Assembly: GCA_965200965.1 (NCBI GenBank)
Contig: OZ241744.1
Coordinates: forward strand, 1,312,001-1,376,000
Direction: 5' to 3'
DNA length: 64,000 bases
DNA from: an uncultured Candidatus Binatia bacterium
GTDB taxonomy: Bacteria; Desulfobacterota; Binatia; Bin18
Shown in pieces: positions 8,819-17,775 of the stretch; position 1 is the first letter of the stretch; every line of letters begins with the position of its first letter. The notes under the pieces were generated by a model. The model made no database searches and was not told the origin of the DNA. It saw only the letters and a program-made list of their open reading frames with translations. The translations under genes were made by a program, and so were the position numbers.

Positions 8819-9808
8819 CTACAGCCAGCCTTGTTCTCGATACCACGCGGCCGTGCGTGTCAAGCCTTCGGGCAGGGGTATACGCGCTTCAAAGCACAAG
8901 TCCTGTCGGGCGGCTGCGGTTTCACACAACCAGCCAGAGGCCAGCAACTCCTGAACTTTGTCTCGATTAAAGATCGTTGTCCGCCCCATCATTGCCGCGC
9001 CCCACTCACTGCAACGAGCAGCCAGCCGCACCACCCAGTGGGGCACACCCACCGTGCGGACCCGCCGCCCGAGTGCCTGGGCGATCCCAGTCGCCAACTC
9101 TGCCCGGCTGTAGGACCGCGCTTCGGCAATATGATAGATACCCGCCACCTTGGCGAGGGTAGCGGCTCGAATCAAAGCGTCCACCAAATCATGGACATGG
9201 GTGAACTGGAAAAGCCCCCCGGACCCTCTGGGCATGGGAAAGATCCCCCGCATAGCCAGTTGAAACAGCAGGAAAAAGTCCCGGTCGCGTGGTCCGTACA
9301 CCACCGGCGGGCGCAGGATCACGACCTCGGACTCATCCATTAGCGCACGGCATGCCAACTCTCCGGCTAATTTGCTGCGTCCATAGGCCGTCAGTGGCCG
9401 GGGGTCAGCGTCCACACTAACCGGCTGGTCGTCTCGGGCCGGGCCAACCGCAGCCAGGGAACTGAGATAGACGAGCCGACATGGACATGACGGAGCGGCC
9501 CGAATAGCCTCCACCAGCGCCCTCGTCCCCTGCCCATTGACCCGCTCATAGACGGCTGCGGCGCGTGCTTTGGTAGCCGCGGCGATGTGAAAGATCACAT
9601 CAACACCGGCAACAGCCCGAGCCAGGACTGCCGCATCCCTCATATCGCCCTGAATACACTCCACGCCGCGCACCCTCAGCCGCGCCACATCGTCCGTCTT
9701 ACGGACCAGGGCTCGCAGGTGGAACGGCTGTGGGGTGAGTGTATCAAGCAAGTGGGAACCAACAAAGCCCGTCCCCCCCGTAATCAAGACCCGGCTGCCC
9801 GGGGCCAT
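8819..9808 (-). CDS. NAD-dependent epimerase/reductase (extended SDR), candidate ceramide reductase
   Basis: TGGTGFVG, YLSSLAA, YGRSK, RPPVVYGPRD; directly upstream of spt. Confidence 0.8.
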   Translation of the reverse strand: MAPGSRVLITGGTGFVGSHLLDTLTPQPFHLRALVRKTDDVARLRVRGVECIQGDMRDAAVLARAVAGVDVIFHIAAATKARAAAVYERVNGQGTRALVEAIRAAPSCPCRLVYLSSLAAVGPARDDQPVSVDADPRPLTAYGRSKLAGELACRALMDESEVVILRPPVVYGPRDRDFFLLFQLAMRGIFPMPRGSGGLFQFTHVHDLVDALIRAATLAKVAGIYHIAEARSYSRAELATGIAQALGRRVRTVGVPHWVVRLAARCSEWGAAMMGRTTIFNRDKVQELLASGWLCETAAARQDLCFEARIPLPEGLTRTAAWYREQGWL

Positions 9809-10045
9809 AACTGTCCGCTGTGTTTGCCCCACCCATGTGTCCAGAAATTCAACGCGGTCGTTCCCATATACCAGATTCAGAGACGTTTACCAAGCAGTAT
9901 TGGCCCACGCTCAAAAATCCCACCGCCTTCCGATTTACCCGAGCCGTCCACCTCGCCCGACTCTTGACACTCTGACCGAGCCCCATTTAGTCTTCCCCCA
10001 GCGGTTGATATCCGAATCAACTCCAAAACCAGGACACCTAGCCGC

Positions 10046-11185
10046 ATGTCTGAACTCGCTCCTGTCAGCCTACCAGCGGTCACAGCCGTTCCGCTTAGTG
10101 CGGCCGACTATCGGCGTCGGTTTGCCAGTGCTTTTCAGCCCCAGCCGTGGAAGTATTGGAGCGACATGCTGGCCTCCGCCGGCCTGGGTTGGGGATTTTT
10201 TGGCTTGAGTCTGTATGCACCGCTCGGTTCTGTGGCCTATCTGGGGTGTAGCGGTGTCGCTATCCTGGCCCTGCTGCGGGCCGTGCTGTTTATTCACGAA
10301 CTCGCCCACCTCAAACGTCGCGCCGTGCCCGGTTTTGAAACCGCTTGGCTCATCCTGGTCGGCCTTCCGCTCATGGTACCCAGCGTCATGTATGATCCGC
10401 ACGGCGATCACCATCGCCAGGCAACTTTTGGCACCCCGGATGACCCCGAATACCTGCCGCTGGCCCACGCCCATCCGCTCGGACTTGTCTGGTTTGTTGT
10501 GCAGGTCAGCATTGTTCCGGTCTTGCTGGCCATGCGCTGGGGTCTTATTGGCCCGCTCGCGGCGTGTCTGCCGTGGCTGCGTCGTTGTGTCATCCGCCAT
10601 GCCTCAAGCCTCGTCATCAACCCCCACTATCGTCGGCCGCTGCCCTCAAAACAGCAGCGAACCCGCTTCGCCACCCAAGAAGCCGGAGCGGGCATCGTAT
10701 TCTGGAGTGTTGCGCTTGGCTGCTATCTGGGCTGGATTCCGCCCGCCTGGCTACTCCAGTGGTCCCTGACCGGAGCCGGCATCCTGGCCGTCAATCAAGT
10801 CCGAACCCTGGCCGCCCATCGCTACGTCAGCCAAGGTCGGGCCGTCACTACGGTTGACCAGGTCCTGGACTCGATCACGCTCCGGAGTTACTCGCTCAAT
10901 GCTGATCTCTGCTTGAAGAGGAGGTCAGCATTGTTCACCGTGCTGACCGCTGCGGCCGCTCCGGTCGGGCTCCGCTACCATGCTCTGCACCACTTTCTGC
11001 CCACCGTTCCCTACCACAGCTTGGGCGTCCTGCACCGCCGACTTGAGGTCGAACTAGGCCAGGACTCGCCGTACCGGCAGACCTACCAGAGCGGCATTGT
11101 GTCGGCTATCTCTGCCCTCGTCCGGCGCGGCTCACCGGAGATGACGCCGGACCAGCAGGGTGAGAATCGCCAAGCCGCCCAATAA
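10046..11185 (+). CDS. Membrane fatty-acid desaturase/hydroxylase family protein
   Basis: His boxes HELAH, HGDHH, HALHH; several TM segments. Confidence 0.85.
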   Translation: MSELAPVSLPAVTAVPLSAADYRRRFASAFQPQPWKYWSDMLASAGLGWGFFGLSLYAPLGSVAYLGCSGVAILALLRAVLFIHELAHLKRRAVPGFETAWLILVGLPLMVPSVMYDPHGDHHRQATFGTPDDPEYLPLAHAHPLGLVWFVVQVSIVPVLLAMRWGLIGPLAACLPWLRRCVIRHASSLVINPHYRRPLPSKQQRTRFATQEAGAGIVFWSVALGCYLGWIPPAWLLQWSLTGAGILAVNQVRTLAAHRYVSQGRAVTTVDQVLDSITLRSYSLNADLCLKRRSALFTVLTAAAAPVGLRYHALHHFLPTVPYHSLGVLHRRLEVELGQDSPYRQTYQSGIVSAISALVRRGSPEMTPDQQGENRQAAQ

Positions 11186-12079
11186 AAAAGGATGGCGACG
11201 CTGGCGCGCGGTCGGCCGCCAAGCAAGCCCGGCATGGCGGCCGACCTTCCACGCCACATAGGGCAACCAGTCATCAAATGTCAGCCCGGATTTGAGCAAC
11301 CACAGTGCGTAGCGGCCTCTGGCCAAGACCCGTCGGGCCTTCCAGTCCCAGCGCATCCAGCAACGGTGTCGGGGCGAGAGCGTCACCTGCCAAGCAGCAG
11401 CCCGGCCCGATTCAGAAACGGCCAGTTCCCCGCGACGCTCCAACTCGGACAAGGCGTGCCCGGCAACCCAGCCGTAGCGCTCAGCCGCCGCGCTGTAGAG
11501 GGCCTGGATCGTAGCAGGTTGCTCGGCGCGTAACTCCGCCCTGTAGGTCTCTCGAAAACCACATTGCCACAGCTCAGCGGCCTCAAACCGGGCCGGCAAC
11601 AGGGCCGTCATCCGCCCAACCAGGGTCAGGCTGGCCTCAACACAGGCGCTGACAACGCAGTCACGGCAGGCTTCATCACGGCTATAGACCAGCCGCGTCG
11701 GCTGACAGAAGCGTCCCCAGATGCTCGCGTGCAGGCTGCGGGGAGAGACGCCAGCCACAAAATCGCGCATCGAAATCACCGCGTACTTGGCCCGCACCGT
11801 GTGCGGCCTACCCCCGACCTCCAGATACAAGACATTTGGCGGCAGAACGGCATTCACGACGGCCAGCATCCGTGAGGCAAAGACGGCCGGGTAGCTATCG
11901 ACCAAGACGTAGAAATCCAACACGCCCTGGCTCGTGTGGTGGCGGAGACACGAGCCGTAGAAGAGGACGGCGGCAACGGCCGAGCCGTGACGGCGGCGGA
12001 TCTCGTCGGTAGCGGCCCGTGCCGCCTCGGAGGTGGGCAGGCCGAGTTCCTGGTCCACAATTTCGTATAAGGCGCTCAT
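11132..12079 (-). CDS. Tam41-like nucleotidyltransferase (candidate lipid-phosphate cytidylyltransferase)
   Basis: FYGS...GVLDFYVLVD NTase signature, KYAVIS and WGRFCQP resembling the Tam41 KYGVxS and AGRLQKP motifs. Confidence 0.7.
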   Translation of the reverse strand: MSALYEIVDQELGLPTSEAARAATDEIRRRHGSAVAAVLFYGSCLRHHTSQGVLDFYVLVDSYPAVFASRMLAVVNAVLPPNVLYLEVGGRPHTVRAKYAVISMRDFVAGVSPRSLHASIWGRFCQPTRLVYSRDEACRDCVVSACVEASLTLVGRMTALLPARFEAAELWQCGFRETYRAELRAEQPATIQALYSAAAERYGWVAGHALSELERRGELAVSESGRAAAWQVTLSPRHRCWMRWDWKARRVLARGRYALWLLKSGLTFDDWLPYVAWKVGRHAGLAWRPTARQRRHPFLLGGLAILTLLVRRHLR

Positions 12080-12100
12080 CGGGCGTGCGCTTGCGTTGTG

Positions 12101-13054
12101 TCAGGTCTGGATAAATCGGAGGCGTCGGTCGGCTTCAACACGAACTAGGCGGCCCTCTTTGGGCCCAAACAACTCTCCATCAATGACGATCCCACAGTCA
12201 AGCCGTATCTGGAGTTGATGCACATTGTGACTCACATAGCCGGCGAGCGACCCGTCAGGCCGGGGCGGGCGGCCCTGGACAATGCGGAGTGGGGCGAGCA
12301 GCCGCCGAGGTGCCCCTTCCGCAACCGCGGTGCAGTGAATAGGGGCCTCTTCTCGCCCCCAGAACGGCCGCAGTGCCATGAGTGAGTTCAGGGTCGTGGC
12401 AAAAGCGAACAAAAACGGGCCTGAGCCGAGCGGCCGAGCGTCAAGCCGGATGTCCAGGTGGTCGCGGCTCAGGACACCGCGGGAGGAGCCCAGCAGCGCC
12501 CGCAGCGCGACTAGTCCTATGATCGCTCCAGACGTCAGCGGCCCCTGAAAATAGCGGTTGGGCAGAAGGCGGTGTTTGAGTTCCGTGGTTCGATAGATCA
12601 CCCCCGCCCCAAAGAAGAAACCGTACTGCACAGCCTCGTCCGGCCCCAGCTCAACGCGCAAGACCGGGCGTTCCACCACGCTCTGGCCAAGGCTGGCCTG
12701 CCGGACGACTTTCAGCAGGCGAGACAGGGCGGAGAGCGGGTTTGGATGGCTGCCGATATCAAGCGCCCCGGCGTTGGTTCGTCCACCTTTCAACGGAGCA
12801 ATCAGGGGCAGACGGGCAAACATCGGGGCGCTCAACAGCGCAGTCAGCACACGCTGCAGGGTGCCGTCCCCGCCACACACGACCAACACCCCAATACCGT
12901 GGCCAGCCAAGCGCGCGACCGCCTCTTCAACCCTCAACTGCGGACCTGTCTCAACATGCACGACATCGGCCTGCCGCTCACACAGCGCCCGCAGCCGAGC
13001 CATGCGACCAGGATTTCTGCCAGCCTGGGTATTGCTCAAAACGCCGATACGCAT
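12101..13054 (-). CDS. Diacylglycerol/sphingosine kinase family protein (candidate ceramide kinase)
   Basis: SNTQAG, GGDGT, GGRTN, IDGE motifs of the DAGK catalytic family. Confidence 0.85.
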   Translation of the reverse strand: MRIGVLSNTQAGRNPGRMARLRALCERQADVVHVETGPQLRVEEAVARLAGHGIGVLVVCGGDGTLQRVLTALLSAPMFARLPLIAPLKGGRTNAGALDIGSHPNPLSALSRLLKVVRQASLGQSVVERPVLRVELGPDEAVQYGFFFGAGVIYRTTELKHRLLPNRYFQGPLTSGAIIGLVALRALLGSSRGVLSRDHLDIRLDARPLGSGPFLFAFATTLNSLMALRPFWGREEAPIHCTAVAEGAPRRLLAPLRIVQGRPPRPDGSLAGYVSHNVHQLQIRLDCGIVIDGELFGPKEGRLVRVEADRRLRFIQT

Positions 13055-13081
13055 GAAGCCTGCCGTGCGGTGGGCGAAGGC

Positions 13082-14272
13082 TCACCCGACAGTTTCCGAT
13101 TCTTGCCAAGTCTGAATCGGCTGGCCGCGCCAGACCTGGCCACACGCCTGGAGCAAACGCACGCTATGAAACGCGATTGAACACAGCGTCCAAACCGCCA
13201 CCAAAACCAAGCCCCAATCCGGTCGGCCGCCCAGCATCGCCACGGACAGCAAGATGAGATTCGGGTTGCGCCGAGCTGTGATCGTCCGGAAAAATGAATC
13301 AATAGGCCGCCAGCTGTGGATTTCCATCTTGAAGACCAGGAGAAAAACGCCCTCCAGCAGACGCCCCAGCACATAGCCAAGCAGGGTAATCATGAGCGCC
13401 GGTCCCAGCCAGACCGCGCCACTGGGCAGCCCCAGCGCCCACGCCAGATACCAAAAAGGCGGGTGGACCAGATCAAGACCGTGGTCAAGCACATGGCCAA
13501 TTTTGCTCGAGGTGAGGCTGACCCGCGCCAGCTTGCCGTCAACGGTATCCAGAAAGGTCATCAGCCAAGCCGCCAGCAGTCCGAAGCCAAAAGAGCCGGC
13601 AGCAAACAGCCAAGTGCTCAGAACGACCAGCAGCCAACTCAGGCCGGTCACCGCATTCGGTCGCACGCCAGCCCGGGCCAAGACACGGACAAGGGCCTGG
13701 GCCGGGCGGGGCCAGACCCATGTGGTGACCACATCGGTGATGCCTTTGTATGAGGCCCGGAAAAGACACGCTTCGAGTTCGTCAATTCGCCGTGGCTGAA
13801 TGGGAAGGATGTAAGGAGCAGCGGATTTTCGGAGGGCGGGATTGTAGACCGGCACCAAGTCGCTCGGCGTAAGACTGTGTAGACCGTGGGAGCCGACCGT
13901 TTGCAAGGCTTCGGCCCCGGATAAGAGGGCCAGGGCTGTGCTCCAGTTTTGTGCATTGACCCGGGCCGCAACAGCGAGCGGCTGGTCAGCCGAGGCGAGC
14001 AGGACGCTGTTAGGGGTGGTGGGCGAGTCAAGCAGGGTGTGGATCAGACGTTCATCAAACACATAATCGGCGCGCACGAGAAGAACCTCCCGGCCCTGCG
14101 CTCGGAATGCGGCTCGGGGGCCGATGCCGATCCGGTCGGCCGCTATTCCAGCCGCTTCCAACGCCCGACGCAGGCGCTCCGCGCCGGAAAGTCCCCAGAT
14201 TTTGAGTTCGGGCTGGTCTGGATCGGTAAGTATCCAGACGGCGGTTTGCGGCCCACTCGTCACTTTGCCCAT
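13082..14272 (-). CDS. CDP-alcohol phosphatidyltransferase with soluble N-terminal domain
   Basis: DTVDGKLARVSLTSSKIGHVLDHGLD fits the D-x2-DG-x2-AR-x8-G-x3-D-x3-D signature; PNAVT; TM helices. Start could be 14335. Confidence 0.88.
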   Translation of the reverse strand: MGKVTSGPQTAVWILTDPDQPELKIWGLSGAERLRRALEAAGIAADRIGIGPRAAFRAQGREVLLVRADYVFDERLIHTLLDSPTTPNSVLLASADQPLAVAARVNAQNWSTALALLSGAEALQTVGSHGLHSLTPSDLVPVYNPALRKSAAPYILPIQPRRIDELEACLFRASYKGITDVVTTWVWPRPAQALVRVLARAGVRPNAVTGLSWLLVVLSTWLFAAGSFGFGLLAAWLMTFLDTVDGKLARVSLTSSKIGHVLDHGLDLVHPPFWYLAWALGLPSGAVWLGPALMITLLGYVLGRLLEGVFLLVFKMEIHSWRPIDSFFRTITARRNPNLILLSVAMLGGRPDWGLVLVAVWTLCSIAFHSVRLLQACGQVWRGQPIQTWQESETVG

Positions 14273-14407
14273 ATCTGTATCCCAAGCGGTCTTATCATAG
14301 CCGGCAGATGTGGTATAGGCAGACCGATGCGGCATGGGTCACAGCGGCGACTATGGCGCGATTTTCACAACCGCCAACAGAGAGACCCCCACCGTCTGGA
14401 GGAACAG

Positions 14408-14921
14408 ATGACCGGACAAGAACTGAGAGACCTGCAGGCGTCCCTCAAGCAGCAGTATGCAGACCGGCCCGAATCCGCCCGTGTCACCCTCAAAGCCCAG
14501 GCTCGACTAGGCCAGGGCGTCACCTGCACGCTTGAAACCGGCCAAGCTTTGGTTGAGGCCAAGCTGCATCCGGCAACGGGCGGTGACGGTCTGTCGGCCT
14601 GCTCGGGAGATATGTTGCTGGAAGCGCTGGCCGCCTGTGCCGGGGTCACGCTTGGGGCGGTGGCCATGTCCATCGGGGTGAGCCTGCGCGACGCAACGAT
14701 CCCGGCCAAAGGAGACCTGGACTTTCACGGCACCCTGGGCGGTGGCCAAGGACGCTCTGGTCGGTTTTACCAGCATTCGGCTCAGCTTCGTTATTGATTC
14801 TGAGGCCGAGCCAGAGCAACTGGCGACCCTCCTCAAACTGACCGAGCGTTACTGCATCGTGTACCAAACCTTGTCCGGCAGCCCCGACTTGTCTGTGTCA
14901 AGCACGCTTCAGGAGAGCTGA
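14408..14921 (+). pseudogene. OsmC/Ohr-family protein with a +1 frameshift near 14741
   Basis: ACSGDMLLEALAACAG...GDLDFHGTLG continues in the next frame as VAKDALVGFTSIRLSF...LTERYCIVYQTL to TGA 14921. Confidence 0.8.
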
Positions 14922-15004
14922 GCCGCGCCGGCGGCTGACGATCGCTCCAAAGCCGACGTATTGCCGACCCAGACAGGCTCAGCACCTCCACAACGGTCGT
15001 CAGC

Positions 15005-15979
15005 ATGGCGTTTACTCTGGCCCATCTCTCAGACCTGCACGTCACCCAAACCCGTTTCCACTCCCTCCCGCCGCGGCTGAACAAACAGACGATCGGCTGG
15101 CTCAAATGGCTTGTGCGACGCCGCTCCGAATATCGTCCCGATATCTTAGAAGCGCTCATCGCCGACCTGCACAGCCAACGGCCGGATCATACGGTGATAA
15201 CCGGAGACCTGACCAACCTCGGCCTTGAGACCGAGTTGCGCTCAGCCTTGAGCTGGCTCGAGCGACTGGGCGAGCCCCAGCACGTCACCCTCATTCCGGG
15301 CAATCACGATACCTACACGCCAGCCTCAGTCTCCAACCTCCAGACGCATTGGCAGGCCTACCTACGCTCAGATACCCCACCGGCCAAGTCCACATTTCCG
15401 GATGGGTTTCCGATCCTGCGTGTGCGCGGACCGGTCGCCCTCCTCGGACTATCGAGCGTTGGTCCGACCGGGCTGTTGTCCGCCACCGGCCGGGTTGGAC
15501 CGTCCCAGCAGGCCCGTCTCGGCCGCCTCCTCCAACACCTCAAACACCGAGACATCTGCCGGGTCGTCCTGATACATCATCCGCCTACCCGGGCCGGTTT
15601 GTCGCCGCGGCGGCGTTTACACGATGCCCGGACCCTCCGCCGGCTGCTGGCCGAGTCAGGGGTTGATCTGGTGCTACACGGCCATACCCATACCACCACC
15701 CTGACCCATATTGCGGCCCCGTACCGGGCGGCGATTCCGGTTGTCGGGGTTCGCTCAGCCTCAGCCCTGGGTCACAAGCTCAAACGCAGCGCTCAGTACC
15801 ATGTGTATACCCTGACACCCGGCCAGACCGAGTGCCCCGCGGCCCGCTTTCAGATCAACCTCAGCATCCGTGCTTACGACCCTGACTCCGGGCACTTTCA
15901 CCAGCGTGGCCCCTATCCACTCGCCCCGTTTGAAAAAAAGAGTCTGCCGGCTGATGTATTTTCGGTCATTTCAGCGTAA
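15005..15979 (+). CDS. Calcineurin-like metallophosphoesterase
   Basis: SDLH, TGDLT, PGNHD, HHPP, HGHTH motifs. Confidence 0.9.
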   Translation: MAFTLAHLSDLHVTQTRFHSLPPRLNKQTIGWLKWLVRRRSEYRPDILEALIADLHSQRPDHTVITGDLTNLGLETELRSALSWLERLGEPQHVTLIPGNHDTYTPASVSNLQTHWQAYLRSDTPPAKSTFPDGFPILRVRGPVALLGLSSVGPTGLLSATGRVGPSQQARLGRLLQHLKHRDICRVVLIHHPPTRAGLSPRRRLHDARTLRRLLAESGVDLVLHGHTHTTTLTHIAAPYRAAIPVVGVRSASALGHKLKRSAQYHVYTLTPGQTECPAARFQINLSIRAYDPDSGHFHQRGPYPLAPFEKKSLPADVFSVISA

Positions 15980-16016
15980 GAAAGGATGAACAGCGTGGAA
16001 CACAAGGAGGATCTCT

Positions 16017-17117
16017 ATGATGCCGATCGCGCAACGGCTCCGTTGGCCAGTGTCTCTCCCGTTCCTTGCGGCCCTCCTGATCGCACCTGCCCCAAGCCTG
16101 GGCACTGACGATCCGATTCACCAAGCCCTGTCAGCCGTCGTCCATATTCGCGCGCAGATTCCCCCGAGCGCTCGAACCGCCCGTTTTCTAGGAACCCAGC
16201 GCGAAGCGAGCGGCATTGTCATTGACGCCGAGGGCTTGGTCCTGACCGTTGGCTACATCCTGCTTGAAGCCGAACAGGTTGCCGTCACCAGCCTGAACGG
16301 CCGACCGGTCAGGGCCACTGTTATCGGCAATGATTATGACACCGGCTTTGGCCTGGTGCGGGCCTCGCACCCCCTCCCCGTCCCGCCGATTCCGCTCGGC
16401 CTGTCGGCCGAGTTGGCCGAGCGAGCCGAGGTCCTGGTGGCCAGCTATGGCGCGGCGGAAGCCGTTCTCCCGGCACTGGTAACTGCGCGGCAGGAGTTTA
16501 CCGGCTATTGGGAATACCTGTTGGAAGACGCGATTTTTACCTCCCCCCCGCACCCCAATTTTGCCGGAGCGGCGCTGATCGGGCCAAGTGGGCATCTGCT
16601 CGGTATCGGCTCGCTCTTTGTCGGCAACGCATTTCAAGGCGGACCGGGCGAGCGGCGGCTGCCCGGCAATATGTTCATTCCGATCGACCGGCTGAAGCCG
16701 ATTTTGCCTGACCTGCTGGCCACCGGCCGGACGTCAAAGCCGCCCCGTCCCTGGCTGGGGCTGTTTACCGAAGAGGTCGGCGGCCATTTATTCATCTCCG
16801 GCACGATTCCCGAGGGACCCTCAGCCCAAGCCGGCCTGAGGGCGGGTGATATTATTGTCGGAGTCGGGGACAAGACGGTCAGCGACCAAGCCGAGTTCTA
16901 CCGCGCAGTCTGGGCCCGAGGAGAAGCTGGAGTAGAGGTCCCGCTCCAGATTTTGCGCCAGTCGGCAATTCAGACCCTGTCGGTGCGGTCGCTGGACCGC
17001 GATCGCTATTTTCAGCACAACCAGGACCGCCACGGTCCCGGCCCGGACACCGCCCAATCCGCAAAAGTCCAAGCCGGGCCCTGGCCGGAGTTGCTCCTCA
17101 GACCCTGGAGCGGCTAG
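16017..17117 (+). CDS. S1C trypsin-like protein with PDZ domain, catalytic His/Ser apparently replaced
   Basis: Signal peptide, ASGIVID..GLVLTVGY, HPNFAGAALI..SG.LLGIGS, C-terminal PDZ (RPWLGL...GPSAQAGLRAGDII). Confidence 0.8.
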   Translation: MMPIAQRLRWPVSLPFLAALLIAPAPSLGTDDPIHQALSAVVHIRAQIPPSARTARFLGTQREASGIVIDAEGLVLTVGYILLEAEQVAVTSLNGRPVRATVIGNDYDTGFGLVRASHPLPVPPIPLGLSAELAERAEVLVASYGAAEAVLPALVTARQEFTGYWEYLLEDAIFTSPPHPNFAGAALIGPSGHLLGIGSLFVGNAFQGGPGERRLPGNMFIPIDRLKPILPDLLATGRTSKPPRPWLGLFTEEVGGHLFISGTIPEGPSAQAGLRAGDIIVGVGDKTVSDQAEFYRAVWARGEAGVEVPLQILRQSAIQTLSVRSLDRDRYFQHNQDRHGPGPDTAQSAKVQAGPWPELLLRPWSG

Positions 17118-17170
17118 AGAGCTTGTGGAGCTATAGAACAGCAGCGGATATCGCAAGGGAGGAATCAGAC

Positions 17171-17653
17171 ATGCGAAGGAATGCAAGGTGGTCCACATCC
17201 CATATCACCGCCGTGGTCTTCAGCCTGGCCTTTACCCTTATCCCCGCCGCCGTCCACGCCCAAGGCGGCTCGGGTTTTGGGGTTGGCTCGGGCAGCAACC
17301 CCTGGGACGATAACTCGCGCACCCCGTTTGAAATCAATATGAGCGGCTTTCTCAACACCAAACCCGAGGAGGGCAATATCGAAGTCGTCACCCTGGGGAT
17401 TAGTTCCTTTGGCACCCAGTACCAATACGAAATTATGGACATTGCAGCCCCCAACTATCCCCAGATGAGCACCAGAATGATCCTCCAAAAAGTCGGTCAA
17501 CGCGGCATCGACTTCAACCTGATCGGCCCCAGGGCCCTGCTGTCCAAAGTCGCCCAGTCGCCACCTGGCACACCGCTCAAAATTGTCGGCCTGTTTGAGC
17601 AGAACCGCCAGCGCCTGCGGCTGATGGAGGTCAAGGTGGTGGGCATGGAGTAA
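17171..17653 (+). CDS. Hypothetical secreted protein
   Basis: GGAGG RBS, signal peptide ending AVHA-Q, host-like codon usage. Confidence 0.7.
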   Translation: MRRNARWSTSHITAVVFSLAFTLIPAAVHAQGGSGFGVGSGSNPWDDNSRTPFEINMSGFLNTKPEEGNIEVVTLGISSFGTQYQYEIMDIAAPNYPQMSTRMILQKVGQRGIDFNLIGPRALLSKVAQSPPGTPLKIVGLFEQNRQRLRLMEVKVVGME

Positions 17654-17775
17654 GCGCCGGACGAGGAAGACAGAGGCCGGCAAAGACGGCCCAGCACCAC
17701 TTGCCCCGCCGGGCGGGTCTGTTGTATACGCAACAGCAAGCGATTGACGCAAAACAACCGGAGGAGGAATGACAC

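Noticed and set aside
13949-14797. 282-aa ORF as one protein
   Set aside because: Its first half is antisense to the CDP-alcohol transferase; only the part from ATG 14408 is the OsmC-like gene.
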